Virus record (IMG/VR): IMGVR_UViG_3300002143_000074 | Span: 1 to 59,203 of that record | DNA: 59,203 bases | Origin: a virus | Taxonomy: Duplodnaviria; Caudoviricetes | Strand: one strand, 5' to 3' | Shown here: positions 27,979 through 39,176 of the stretch, piece after piece | Numbering within the stretch: the stretch's first letter is position 1 | Layout: the number at the start of each line of letters is the position of its first letter | Notes under the pieces: model-generated | Database searches by the model: none | What the model saw: only the letters and a program-made list of their open reading frames with translations | What the model was told of the DNA's origin: nothing | Translations under genes and position numbers: made by a program

Positions 27979-28872
27979 ATGAGTAAAAATTATCACATAT
28001 ATAGAATAAAAAATATTCTCACAAATAAAGTTTATGTCGGAATGACAACATGTTTAACAAATCGTTGGAAAAGACATCTAAAACTGTTAAAGTGGAATAA
28101 ACATCATAGTGTAAAATTGCAAAGAAGTTATAATAAATATGGCGTTGAAAATTTTACATTTGAGAAAATATCGTCACACATCTGTTCATTATCCGAAATA
28201 CGGTTGATAGAAATAAAAATCATAAAGATAGAAAATTCTTATCATGATGGGTATAATTGTACAGAAGGTGGAGATTGTTATACACATAAACTTGGTAAAT
28301 TACATCCTCTTTCAAAACCTTTACATCAATATGATTTAGATGGAAATTGGATTAAAACTTGGGAATCCCGTTCTCTCGCAGTTGGTGAATTAAAAAAAGA
28401 AATATCGGTGACCAAATCAAAAAAACCAAAAATTTCACACAATCATATATGGTCATACGATTTCTACGGACCATTAACACGTCGTTTTCATAAAGTGTTT
28501 AAGTATTCTCTCAATGGTCTATTCATATCATCTTATGTCAATTGTCAACATGCGGCTAAGGTAAATAAATTAAATTCATCAAATATAGACCGATGCATCC
28601 GAGGAAAGACAAAAACTGCATATGGGTATCAGTGGAATTCTAAGTATTGTGATAAAATTTGTGAAGTAATTCCCAATAATCATGATAAAATAGTAAAACA
28701 GTCGGGAAAACGTATAGTGCAATATGACATTTATGGTAATTTAATTAACTCATTTCCATCATTAGGGAAAGCCGCTTTATCGGTTTCTGGAAACTACGAA
28801 AATATATCAAAATGCTGTAACGGTCACAGTAAAACCGCATATGGGTATATCTGGTCGTTTGAAAAGAGTTGA
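27979..28872 (+). CDS. GIY-YIG homing endonuclease with NUMOD1-type repeats
   Basis: IYRIKN...YVGMT, RW.RH, three QYD/KYS-L-DG...W/Y/F-S repeats ending TAYGY.W. Confidence 0.88.
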   Translation: MSKNYHIYRIKNILTNKVYVGMTTCLTNRWKRHLKLLKWNKHHSVKLQRSYNKYGVENFTFEKISSHICSLSEIRLIEIKIIKIENSYHDGYNCTEGGDCYTHKLGKLHPLSKPLHQYDLDGNWIKTWESRSLAVGELKKEISVTKSKKPKISHNHIWSYDFYGPLTRRFHKVFKYSLNGLFISSYVNCQHAAKVNKLNSSNIDRCIRGKTKTAYGYQWNSKYCDKICEVIPNNHDKIVKQSGKRIVQYDIYGNLINSFPSLGKAALSVSGNYENISKCCNGHSKTAYGYIWSFEKS

Positions 28873-29043
28873 CATTGTATAAACATGTGATAAAAATTAA
28901 GAAGTCTATGATTCGTTTTAATAATCTTGTTCATCAATTTAGAGTATTGGATGATATTAAATCGTTGCCACCAAGTGGAACGGTGAGGACAAACGTAACT
29001 CCCAATCTTCGTGCTGATAAGGTGGCGTTTTTCGACGGAAAAG

Positions 29044-29574
29044 ATGAAGCCTAAACGTATTTTCAAAGTCACACGTAATCCAGATGATTATGATGAACTT
29101 CGAGATGTGAACTATGTAAAGGAGAACTTTGCATCGGTAATCAATGTCTCTGATACAGAGTGTCTTACGTTTAAATATATGGAATCTGGAATACCTAGTT
29201 ACTGGTTTCCAATCCACGAAACTTGGCATTGGGGTTATGGCCCATTTTACGCAACTGCGAAAATTCACGACCAAAACACGACTGGCAAACCAATCCTCAT
29301 TCACTGTCACGCAGGAGCCAATAGGTCTGTCACGGTTGCTTACTGTGTGTTGAAGTCTCTTGGACGAACCGATGAAGAATGTAATCGTGAAATTGGTAGA
29401 GATGCCAAGTTTCAATATGATATGAATATCTATAAGGGATACATACCTCATGACGTTATCGACTTTTTATATGGTCGTTACGAAAAACCTACATACTCTA
29501 TTGGTGGATTACTGCAAAATATCGGAAGTCCCAACATTTTTTTAAAGAAAAAAGAAATCACAATCACTAAATAA
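29044..29574 (+). CDS. dual-specificity / tyrosine phosphatase family protein
   Basis: P-loop IHCHAGANRS (HCx5R). Confidence 0.85.
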   Translation: MKPKRIFKVTRNPDDYDELRDVNYVKENFASVINVSDTECLTFKYMESGIPSYWFPIHETWHWGYGPFYATAKIHDQNTTGKPILIHCHAGANRSVTVAYCVLKSLGRTDEECNREIGRDAKFQYDMNIYKGYIPHDVIDFLYGRYEKPTYSIGGLLQNIGSPNIFLKKKEITITK

Positions 29575-29622
29575 AAACCATTGACAAAATAAACAAACCA
29601 TAGTAAAACTTAAAACCTAGAT

Positions 29623-30717
29623 ATGACAGCTCCAAATACTGAAACACCAAAGTATAAACTAACCGAAGAACATCGAGCACAACTTGACCCATGGGCAAAG
29701 AGATGGGTTAAAAACGCATTGTCAACCGACGCAATGACGGATGACGACAAGTTGGATTGTGTGAAGTATGTTCGTGAAATGTATAAAGCAGCTGATGTTG
29801 CTGAACCCAAGGATATTTTCTTTGTCAAGAGTCCATTTGCATTGGCTCTCGCGGGTGGATTTTGTTTGGCGGCTGACCGACTTGGTGCCGCTAGTAAGTT
29901 CACGAAGTCTGAAATTGTGAATCACATCAACTCTCTTGAAGGTCCAATCGTTTCCGACGAGAAGTGGTATTCAACCAAATACGACAAACGTGCGTTGTCT
30001 GAATATTTTGGGTTTGGTCAAAGTGGATTGGACGCAATTAAGGAAGTCCACGACATGTGGAATGGTGGTAATCAATGGAGTGGTTGGATTAGTTATATTT
30101 CCTTCTTCCGATACGTCGCCAAGTTGGACATCGACTATACCAAGTGGAATCCATATGAAAAACTCGCTGAGTTGTCTGGACCACGTATTGTTCATGAGAA
30201 TTTCTGTATTATTTCCGATAAGCCAGAGGTTTTGAAGTTGAATTCGACGGATGCTCCCCACAACGAAACCGGACCATTCTGTAAGTGGCGGGACGGTTCT
30301 GCTCTATACTGTCACAACGGTGTACGAGTTCCTGCTTACGTCATTGAATCGCCACAAACCATTACGGTTGAGGATATTGAACAAGAAACGAACGCGGAAG
30401 TCCGTCGTGTCAAAATCACCAAGTATGGTCAAGAGAAGTTCATTCTTGATAGTAAGTCGGACGTTGTTCACACCGACGACTTTGGAACATTGTATAAAAA
30501 GTCAATGTCCAACGATGAACCAATGATGATGGTCAAGGTGGTTAATTCGACACCCGAACCAGATGGTTCATTCAAAGATTATTTCATCCGAGTTGACCCG
30601 AACGCATACGGTGGTTTACAAACCGCCAGAGCCGCTGTGGCCTCCACTTGGAGAAAAGAAGATGGTTCGATGTTATTTCCTCGACCAGAAGATTATGTCT
30701 TGGAAGTAGAGACTTAA
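29623..30717 (+). CDS. DUF6745-like protein
   Basis: H...GP...W.DG..LY..NGV.VP, I..E.NAEVRR, V.NSTPEPDG..K.Y..RV.P...TA.AAVA.T. Confidence 0.7.
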   Translation: MTAPNTETPKYKLTEEHRAQLDPWAKRWVKNALSTDAMTDDDKLDCVKYVREMYKAADVAEPKDIFFVKSPFALALAGGFCLAADRLGAASKFTKSEIVNHINSLEGPIVSDEKWYSTKYDKRALSEYFGFGQSGLDAIKEVHDMWNGGNQWSGWISYISFFRYVAKLDIDYTKWNPYEKLAELSGPRIVHENFCIISDKPEVLKLNSTDAPHNETGPFCKWRDGSALYCHNGVRVPAYVIESPQTITVEDIEQETNAEVRRVKITKYGQEKFILDSKSDVVHTDDFGTLYKKSMSNDEPMMMVKVVNSTPEPDGSFKDYFIRVDPNAYGGLQTARAAVASTWRKEDGSMLFPRPEDYVLEVET

Positions 30718-30751
30718 TTCGGTAAACAAACTAGTTATTAATACAAATATT

Positions 30752-31069
30752 ATGAAAAACAACACATATCGACAGGGAGATGTTCTATTGGTTCCAACCA
30801 ATGAAATTCCAACAACACTCAAAGTCACTGAACGTGTCACATTGGCACTCGGTGAAGTAACCGGACATCATCACAGCATCCTCGACGGTTCTACCGTTGG
30901 TTATGCCGCTGATGCAGAGGGACTATGTGAATACCTCGAAGTCAAGTCCTCCGCTGGTGGACAATTGACTCACCAAGAACACAGCACCATTGTTTTGCCG
31001 AAGGGTAAATACAAGGTTGTGAAGCAAGTGGAATACACTCCTGCTGCCTTGGTCAACGTCCGAGACTAA
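30752..31069 (+). CDS. His-rich partner of DUF6745-like protein
   Basis: YRQGDV, LALGEVTGHHH, LTHQEH, QVEY. Confidence 0.7.
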   Translation: MKNNTYRQGDVLLVPTNEIPTTLKVTERVTLALGEVTGHHHSILDGSTVGYAADAEGLCEYLEVKSSAGGQLTHQEHSTIVLPKGKYKVVKQVEYTPAALVNVRD

Positions 31070-31096
31070 GTTGATTAGTCTCAATTAAAATTCAGT

Positions 31097-31138
31097 GTTT
31101 GTGGGGATATGGTTTATTCCAATCCCCACCAACTTTTT
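31097..31138 (+). terminator. intrinsic terminator
   Basis: GTGGGGAT/ATCCCCAC stem followed by a T run. Confidence 0.65.
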
Positions 31139-31552
31139 GTAAAATGAAAAAGAAAGAGTTTTGGTCAGCATCTTTTAAAACGCAAAGAATTTATTCCGAT
31201 ATGGATAGGGTTATTGATACTAAGAAAGATAATACTTTCTGTTTAGTATTTAACTCAACAAATAAATATCCACAGATCCATACGCATGTGGAGTTATACG
31301 AAGGTATTTATGAATTTATTAGTTAATAGAAATATTCAATTTCTAAACAAAATTGATTATATCAAACCTTTTACAAAACTGCGCATTTCATATGCGATAA
31401 CAGAAAAATATGTTGTAAAGGTAATTGATGAAGCGGATATTTGGTCCGGTTTAAAGATTTTTGGAAATCCCAAAGATATATTCAGCAATTCATCGAAACC
31501 ATATAGTGAATTTATTTTTTAGTAACCATGACTTATCGAAGTTGTCAAGAAT

Positions 31553-31816
31553 ATGATGAAAACACCAAACGTCTATAATTTAATTGAAGATCGAATTTAC
31601 AAAACAGTTAATGCACAAATAACTAAAAACTGTGAAGATGGTGCTTGGATGGAATGTTTTTCTACATGTGAAACGAGTAAAGGTGGGGATGATTACGATT
31701 TCGCAACGGTTAGAAATGGTGTATGCGAATTTACGTTGGGGCTGACCACTGGGGCTGCGGATGAGCAGATAACGAAATATATCATCGACAAACCGAGATA
31801 TTGGCTGAAATCGTAG
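31553..31816 (+). CDS. hypothetical protein
   Basis: 87-aa ORF. Confidence 0.5.
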   Translation: MMKTPNVYNLIEDRIYKTVNAQITKNCEDGAWMECFSTCETSKGGDDYDFATVRNGVCEFTLGLTTGAADEQITKYIIDKPRYWLKS

Positions 31817-32118
31817 ATTCGGATTGTCTATTTATTGTTACTGTATTTTGCATCTCAAGGCATTCCTATCCAATTTAGAGATAGTGATGATTTTTTGTAT
31901 GAGTAAGAAATCAAAGAAATTGAAAAGTTATAACGTTAACACACTAAACGATTTTTCACACCGAACGTCTAATAGTTTAGAGTGGGGGCATGAAAATGAA
32001 TCCATTCCCATGTTGATTCACATTGATATAGTCCACACGTTAAACGACATGTCATATGATGTGCGTGAGGAATTTCGTATTGACAATATAACAATCCATG
32101 GTAAATTGAAGTCAGATT

Positions 32119-32565
32119 ATGAAAACCAAAATTGACACATTAATTCTCGAAGCACGTAAATCACGTAATACCCCTCATTTGGCTGCGTATCAATACGTCA
32201 AATCGGCGATTCAAACTACCGAGGGTAGAGATACGGTGTTGCCCGATGGTAAGGTAGTTCCAACAGTGTTGTCCGATGTGGATGTTTTGAAGGTCATTGA
32301 GAAGGAGATTAAGTCTCTCAACGAAATGATTGAAAACAAAATTGCACATAACAACGAATCGGAAATGGTGACGGTTTTGTTGAAACTTCTTCCAGCCAAG
32401 GTTGAGGTTTCCCAATACGATTCGATTGTCACTACCGCAATTACAACAGTTGGTGCAACCACTCCAAAAGATATGGGTAAGGTCATGGCTGAAATCAAGA
32501 AGGTCTATGGTTCAACCGTTGACAACAAGGTAATCAGTGAAGTGGTTAAATCCAAATTGAAATAA
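32119..32565 (+). CDS. GatB/YqeY domain protein
   Basis: A.K, KEIK, LP, KDMGKVM, D.K.IS..VK pattern, 148 aa. Confidence 0.85.
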   Translation: MKTKIDTLILEARKSRNTPHLAAYQYVKSAIQTTEGRDTVLPDGKVVPTVLSDVDVLKVIEKEIKSLNEMIENKIAHNNESEMVTVLLKLLPAKVEVSQYDSIVTTAITTVGATTPKDMGKVMAEIKKVYGSTVDNKVISEVVKSKLK

Positions 32566-33235
32566 CCTCTATATGAGTCAAGAAATCAAAATCCAAAAAG
32601 ATTTGACAGTGAAGTTGGATTGTGGTAATTTCCATATACATGGTGGAAAGGGTATGACGACGGTGCGAAATGGGAAGCAAGAGATTGTTTTCTACACTCC
32701 CGAAGTTGATACTCTCATAAATATGTTGAATAAACTGAAAGAAGAGTTGAAATGAAAAAACAACAACTATTTGATGCTATTAATAATCTAGCTAAAGACC
32801 TTGGATTATACCATTGGATTGAAATAAATGACTTGGTTCATGTTCCTATGGCTATGAATACTCTTTCATCTGTGGCTTGGTATAAAAATTTTCCAGAAAA
32901 TAACAATACTAAACTAATCCGAGAACAATTGGATAATCTTTGGATACGTGGTGGCATGAAATTTTTAGATTAAAATCATGAAAAAATCTGATTTAAATAA
33001 ACTAAACGAAATAATCGGTAAGATGACCGATTTAGAAGTTGCTATTGCTCAACATTCTCATTTTTCTGGTGTCTATGGTGTGGCTACACAAGCAAAGCAA
33101 TTAGAATGGTTCAATAGTTTAAGCAAAATAACTAGTGAATTGGATACATTTTATAAAGAACAAGCAAAGATAAAATAAATATGGCACAACCTGAAAAATT
33201 GATAGAATTTTATTACACATACTATTGGAAAACCC

Positions 33236-33484
33236 ATGAAATTTAGAATAATCCAGTCCGAATCCGATGATAGATACTATGTCCAAGTTGAAACGAAATT
33301 TTTGTTTTGGAAATCTTGGAGATATTATGACAGGGATGTATATGGATTTACAAATCCTACATCTGGATTTGTAAATTTATTGTCTGCCGAGTATTTCGTG
33401 GCAGCAGTAATTGCTCGTGAACAGAATGAAATCGAGGCAGATAAAAAACGGGGATTTAAGGTGATAAAGGAAATAGAATTATGA
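33236..33484 (+). CDS. hypothetical protein
   Basis: 82-aa ORF, MKFRII...YYVQ...FLFW..W. Confidence 0.6.
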   Translation: MKFRIIQSESDDRYYVQVETKFLFWKSWRYYDRDVYGFTNPTSGFVNLLSAEYFVAAVIAREQNEIEADKKRGFKVIKEIEL

Positions 33485-33549
33485 AAGATACACTTGGCGA
33501 TAGAATGAAAATTTTCATTCTTTATCCCATTCGGTTTAATATATATTAA
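33481..33549 (+). pseudogene. orphaned original N-terminus of Thg1-like gene
   Basis: MKDTLGDRMK matches the typical Thg1-like start and is ATGA-coupled to the upstream gene; ends after 22 codons. Confidence 0.7.
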
Positions 33550-33550
33550 T

Positions 33551-34318
33551 ATGAAGAAATTCTATGTATATATTTATTTAGACCAGCGAAAACATGGCAA
33601 GTGGATTTTTAAAGATAAAGTTTTTAGCTATCAGCCATTCTACGTAGGAAAGGGAACAAATAAAAGAGATATCTCGCATTTATGCCCGTATATGTTGAAT
33701 AAAAAAACATATAAATCATCAACAATAAAATCAATCATTTCAGAAACTGGTGAATTACCGATACATGAAAGAATATACGAAAATTTAACAGAAGCAGAAG
33801 CTATTTCAATAGAAAAAGATATAATCAAACATTTTAAACGAAAAGATTTATTCACGAGTGGTATTTTATGTAATCACACAGATGGTGGTGATGGTGTAGT
33901 TAATCTCTCAAATGAGATTAGAAATAATATGGGTAAGAAATTCCAAAAACCCGTATATCAATACGATTTAGATGGTAATTTTATTAAAAAATGGGATTCT
34001 TTAACATCTGTTTCAAATATAGTAGAAACTATTTCTAATATATCTACTGCTATAAAAAGAAATGGAACTTGTGCAGGGTTTCGATGGTCTTATGAAGATA
34101 AAGGAAAAAAAATCGAAAAAACAATAAAATATCAGATGCCTATAAAATACAAAAATATTCATCAAATTTCAATAGATGGCGGGACTACTGTGGCAGTCCA
34201 TAAAAGTGCATTGGAAGCAGCTACCAGTTTAAACTTGACAAACAGATGCGCCCGTAATAAGATAACAGAGGCTGTTAAAAAAGGAACAACTGCATATGGA
34301 TATAAATGGAAAATATAA
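33551..34318 (+). CDS. GIY-YIG superfamily homing endonuclease with NUMOD1-type repeats
   Basis: FYVYIY...PFYVGKG..R, E..II, L.N.TDGGDG, QYDLDG.FIK.W.S, TAYGYKW. Confidence 0.82.
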   Translation: MKKFYVYIYLDQRKHGKWIFKDKVFSYQPFYVGKGTNKRDISHLCPYMLNKKTYKSSTIKSIISETGELPIHERIYENLTEAEAISIEKDIIKHFKRKDLFTSGILCNHTDGGDGVVNLSNEIRNNMGKKFQKPVYQYDLDGNFIKKWDSLTSVSNIVETISNISTAIKRNGTCAGFRWSYEDKGKKIEKTIKYQMPIKYKNIHQISIDGGTTVAVHKSALEAATSLNLTNRCARNKITEAVKKGTTAYGYKWKI

Positions 34319-35150
34319 AAAAGACGCATTAGGTATGCGTATAAAATCTAGTTACGAGGATAGAACTAGATACTCTCTACCTCGTAGAACATATACAATT
34401 ATTCGTTTAGACGGAAAAGCATTTCATACTTACACAAAAGGGTTGAAAAAACCATTTGATAAAGAATTGATTGATGATTTGGACAATACTGTAAAAGCAA
34501 TCCTTCCTCAAATACAAGGGGCAGTATTCGCATATGTTCAAAGCGATGAAATCTCAATTCTCTTGACTGATTTTGAAAAGGATACTACTGATGCGTGGTT
34601 TGATGGTAATATTCAGAAAATCTGTTCTGTGTCAGCAAGTTTGATGACTGCTGAGTTTAACCAATATAGGTTTAAAACTTGGCTTAAAGAGTATTCCAAA
34701 GCATTATCTGAATCGGATTTACATACATTTTCAGACGGACAAGTGGTGGGTATCGAAGAATTTCGTCCTGCGGCATTCGATTCCCGTGTATTCACCATTC
34801 CCGATAGAACGGAAGTGATGAACTACTTTATTTGGAGAAATCAAGACTGCACACGTAACAGTGTCAGTATGGTGGCCCAAAGTCTATACAGTCACAAGGA
34901 ATTGCACGGTAAGAACAGTTCTCAACTCCAAGAAATGATTTTCCAAAAGGGAATCAATTGGGCTGACTATGACCCAAGTTTGAAGAATGGTCGTGTCATT
35001 ATCAAAGAGAAAGTGTTTGATTTGGATGAAATAACTCCTGAGAACATTGCACCACCCGCAAGAACTCGATGGACATCACAACCTGCGTGGAAATTCACAC
35101 AGGACAAGGATAAGTTGTTGACCATGATTCCCGAATACCAATATGATTAA
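34296..35150 (+). CDS. thg1: tRNA-His guanylyltransferase Thg1-like protein
   Basis: IIRLDGKAFH, YVQSDEIS, WFDG.IQK, FDSR, YFIWR.QD..RNS. Confidence 0.92.
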   Translation: MDINGKYKKDALGMRIKSSYEDRTRYSLPRRTYTIIRLDGKAFHTYTKGLKKPFDKELIDDLDNTVKAILPQIQGAVFAYVQSDEISILLTDFEKDTTDAWFDGNIQKICSVSASLMTAEFNQYRFKTWLKEYSKALSESDLHTFSDGQVVGIEEFRPAAFDSRVFTIPDRTEVMNYFIWRNQDCTRNSVSMVAQSLYSHKELHGKNSSQLQEMIFQKGINWADYDPSLKNGRVIIKEKVFDLDEITPENIAPPARTRWTSQPAWKFTQDKDKLLTMIPEYQYD

Positions 35151-35892
35151 AATTGAAAATGAGAAACGTGTTCCGGCTATTTTAGCCAAGGCTGCACGTG
35201 ATTATTGTGAATCCATCGGTGCGATAGAGATTTACAATATCGCAACTTTATGCGATAGAGACTATCGTATTATGTATTATATCATGGAAGGTGAAAAACG
35301 AGTGATGCGAGCGGTCATTCTACAAACTCCCGAAGAATACAACCGATGAATCCACTACCACAAATGTATTGTCTGGTTGCGATGGACGAACTACGTGATT
35401 GTAAAAATTTCGGAGAAACGTTTGTGCATTTGAAGATGCACTTTTTCCGAACATATCAATCAGGTGTCATCTTCTCTACTCGGTTTGGTGCTGAATTCTT
35501 CAATGAGGTTTATTATCGAATTGTCAACAATAAACCCATTGTTGCGGAGAAGGGAAGTCTATTGGGTGAGTTTGATAAGAATTTTAATGCGTGGTTAAAA
35601 ACTGTGGTCAATGATTAATATGAAAAAATTGAAATTGTGGTGGGGATGGTTTTTTCATCCAAATGAAACAATCCGTGAAGAACGTAAAGTGGTTGTTTGG
35701 GAATTTAACCCGGATGAAACCATATCGGCATTTGATTTATACCAATGTCGGAAACGACAAATTGTATTCAATACTATAGATGAATATTTAAAACACAATG
35801 AGTTGTGGTATAATGGACTCACACCCTCTGCTAAAAAATATCTCAAACCAGTTGAGGTAACATTAACGGAAACGCGGTTGAAATACGAATAA

Positions 35893-36076
35893 ATGAATAC
35901 AAATCTAAAATTTAGAGCGTGGAATGCGTTTACAAAAAGTTTTTATACTAAACCGTTTTTAATTGGTTCGACGGGATTACCATTTATTTATAACGAGGAA
36001 TACCTTCATATACTTCAATTCGGAAGTAAAGGGAAATATCATGGAATCTCCAGAACTATTAACTAAATATGACTAA
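35893..36076 (+). pseudogene. YopX family gene with internal deletion
   Basis: N-terminus KFRAW...LQF joined out of frame near 36022 to C-terminus EVKGNIMESPELL. Confidence 0.65.
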
Positions 36077-36483
36077 ATATAAATGGATTGAATTGACCGA
36101 GGATGATGTGGTACAATTTGAGAAAATTATCAAAGAAACTGAATTGAATGCCAAACATACTTTCAAAGATGATGAAGATGGTCCCGATGGGCGTTTTGAT
36201 GATATGAGTCGTGAGGATGTGATTAAACGAGCCGAACAATCGGCCAAAGATTTATTGAGATATGAAAATTAATTGTGATAAATGTGGAAAGGTTTTGGAT
36301 AAACCGGGAGCCTTGGTTTTTTCCCCACCATCTAATAATGCGTTGGTTGGTCAATCAACATTGAAGTTTCATTTTTGTGTGGGTTGTTGGGATTTACACT
36401 TGAAACCAATGGTATCCACGTTTAGACTTCGTACTATCGAAGAAGATGACGTCGAAGAAGATAATCATATTGGAATATAATAT

Positions 36484-36906
36484 ATGAATACAAATCAAAA
36501 CGGTAAGGGTGATGCTCCACGGAATTGTTTTAGTGAAGAGTATCGTCAGAATTATGACCTTGTGTTTCGTAAAGTAAAACCGGTTATTAAACGAAAATCC
36601 AAAAAACAAGTGAGTGTTCCAGTAGAGGGTGACGAGGGTCGTTTTGGTAAAACATTCATTGGGAATTCCTGTGACGTTTGTGAACCAAAAGTAAAAAAGG
36701 GATATAGTCTTTGGATTGAATGGGGACGTTGGTTCATCGCACCAACTGTGGATTCTAAACAATTTGGTCGCCACTCTTATGATGATGAAATGGCGACATA
36801 TCATGGAATTCATGACTGTTCGTGTGGTTGTTATATGGGTTCTAGTGCGTCATCTGGTCCGGTTGACCCATTTGGTCCATGTCCAATGAATCAATTCAAA
36901 AAATGA
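36484..36906 (+). CDS. hypothetical protein
   Basis: 140-aa ORF; NGKGDAPR N-terminus, Cys-rich C-terminus. Confidence 0.6.
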   Translation: MNTNQNGKGDAPRNCFSEEYRQNYDLVFRKVKPVIKRKSKKQVSVPVEGDEGRFGKTFIGNSCDVCEPKVKKGYSLWIEWGRWFIAPTVDSKQFGRHSYDDEMATYHGIHDCSCGCYMGSSASSGPVDPFGPCPMNQFKK

Positions 36907-37317
36907 ACGAACGAATATACAGTCTCGACGATTACCGAGCATACGACATTATTCGTCGTGCATCTATTAAATTGACGAAACTCAAATACAACACGTATGT
37001 TGAAGTCACCTTTAACGAAACATATGGATACCAACTGTCCGTTCGGGGAGTCATATTTGCAAATTCCCACGATGAACAAGAAGCTTGGAGAATTCTCTTG
37101 GATTTATTGATGAAAGAGATACAATGATTGTCGAAACGTGTCCATTTTGCGGTGCAGGTAGAGATGTGACATCCGAAAGAATTCGTATCCCACATAAGTC
37201 GGATTGTTTCTTTCGAGGTGTCGTCCACCTATTTCCTCTCAATGAGACACAAGAATTTTTGACAAGATGGAACAAACGGGTTGACAAAAACAAAAAGAAG
37301 ATATAGAATCTAAAAAT

Positions 37318-37722
37318 ATGAAAACACTAACAGAAATCAAACAACAAGTCGCTGACCTTCATAAACAAATTGAAGCTCTCAAGGAAACACTGCAACTATC
37401 TTTTAAGGAAGATTTGAAAGAACTACTACAAAAACATAAAGGTAAGTTTGATGAGATTTCCATGGGCATTAATAACCACGAATTTAATGATGGAGATTCA
37501 ACCTATTTTAGTCTCTACTATGATGATTTGACACTCATATACACAAACGCTGATGGAGAATCAGTGGAATGTGGTGGTTATGGTGAAGAGTCTGACAATA
37601 AAGAAATGGAATCCATTCGTGAAGAGTTTTTTGAACTGTTTTCATCCTACGACGTGGATAATCTTCACGAAGAGATTTATGGTGGTGAATACGGAACTAT
37701 TGCCATTCAAGGAGTAAAGTAA
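37318..37722 (+). CDS. hypothetical acidic protein
   Basis: 134-aa ORF 8 nt after TTGACA-N17-TAGAAT (37281-37309). Confidence 0.7.
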   Translation: MKTLTEIKQQVADLHKQIEALKETLQLSFKEDLKELLQKHKGKFDEISMGINNHEFNDGDSTYFSLYYDDLTLIYTNADGESVECGGYGEESDNKEMESIREEFFELFSSYDVDNLHEEIYGGEYGTIAIQGVK

Positions 37723-37947
37723 AATGTTGGAATTTTATAAACACGTAACGAGTGGAATATTTGAATATTTGATATTCGCATGCTTGATGGTGGGAACACT
37801 ATTCACCATACAAATTATGGTGGTTGCCGCTATTCGAGTGGTTATCTCAGAATTCTTCACACAGAAGCTCGTACATAAACATTCGGTAAAAATTATGGCC
37901 GACCTTGACGCAGAAGAAAAAGAAGAAGTCAAGGCTATTTTGAAAGA

Positions 37948-38400
37948 TTAATTACACTCACCTAATTCATAACCGACTGTCACACCAACTCCATCTTTCA
38001 GATGGAGTTTCTTTTTGCCCTGATATATCGCAATCAAATGTAGTTCCTTACATTGAAACGTCATATTCACATTAAATAGGTTTGCGATGGCATATTTACT
38101 AATAGATGAGAAATCTTCCTCCGATACACGGACACGACCATTGCACTTCAATAACTCTTTATAGGGAATGGTGAAGTCTTCACCAACTTTACAATCCAAG
38201 TTGATTTTCTCTGGAAAGAATAACAAGTCCATTTCTAAGGAATTTTCAATGGTGTCGGTTATGATAGTCAAATCGACAATCTTACCACTTAAAAATTTGC
38301 CAGATGTCGTCACCAAAACCACAGGGTTACATAGGAGTTTGTTTTCCCCATCTATTTCAGTCGGAACAGTTAAAACCGTAGATACTTCACGTATATCCAT
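37948..38400 (-). CDS. hypothetical protein (paralog of 46539..46991)
   Basis: Shared MDIRE, DLLFFP, AIANLFNVNMTF, GYELG. Confidence 0.75.
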   Translation of the reverse strand: MDIREVSTVLTVPTEIDGENKLLCNPVVLVTTSGKFLSGKIVDLTIITDTIENSLEMDLLFFPEKINLDCKVGEDFTIPYKELLKCNGRVRVSEEDFSSISKYAIANLFNVNMTFQCKELHLIAIYQGKKKLHLKDGVGVTVGYELGECN

Positions 38401-38447
38401 ATGTTAATATATATCACAAATGAGTCATAATTTGATATTTATATGGT

Positions 38448-39176
38448 ATGATGATACTAAACCCATATTTTTTTGAACCAGTTTCTTTGGGAGTTGATTT
38501 AACTGCCTATTGGAAATTAGATGAAACTACTGGCACACGTGCAGATGTATTTTCTATATCTGACTTAACCGATTTCAATAGTGTTGGGTTTGCAGCTGGT
38601 AAACAAAGTAATGCGGCTGAATTCGTTAGGTCATCTGAACAACGGCTTACAACCCCGTCTAACTCGTCTTTAACGGTTGGGGATATAGACTTCACATTTT
38701 CCATGTGGATTCGTCCTACGGGAACTGTGTCAGATGTACAGGGTGTTATAAACAAGTGGTATGATAACAGTGAAAGAGAGTATTGTTTATATCTCTCAGT
38801 GTTTACTCCAAATCGACTTTCTTTCATTGTTAGAGATGCGGCGAATACTACGGATACAAGTATAGATTCCACATTTGATTTAGTTGCGGATACGTGGTAT
38901 CATGTTGTAATATACCATGACTCGGTGAATAATGAATTGGGTATAATTATAAACGACGGTACACCAGTTACAGTGAGTTACAGTTTGGGTGTTTATGATG
39001 GTAGTGTCAATCCAAGAGAATTCAGTGTAGGATGTGACCAAGACCCACCAGTAACCGGAAATAACAGCTATTTTGATGGTCGCATAGATGAGTTAGCAAT
39101 GTGGAAACGTATGCTTACACCTGCTGAAATCACATATTTATACAACTCTGGAAACGGACTTACCTATCCATTTTAA
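38448..39176 (+). CDS. LamG/concanavalin-A-like jellyroll protein, probably virion-associated
   Basis: AYWKLDE, FTFSMWI, TWYHVV, FDGRIDELAMW.R.LT..EI..LYN; TATTTATA upstream. Confidence 0.82.
   Translation: MMILNPYFFEPVSLGVDLTAYWKLDETTGTRADVFSISDLTDFNSVGFAAGKQSNAAEFVRSSEQRLTTPSNSSLTVGDIDFTFSMWIRPTGTVSDVQGVINKWYDNSEREYCLYLSVFTPNRLSFIVRDAANTTDTSIDSTFDLVADTWYHVVIYHDSVNNELGIIINDGTPVTVSYSLGVYDGSVNPREFSVGCDQDPPVTGNNSYFDGRIDELAMWKRMLTPAEITYLYNSGNGLTYPF

Noticed and set aside
33510-34347. Group I intron in thg1
   Set aside because: No room for core helices, and a replacement start exists downstream
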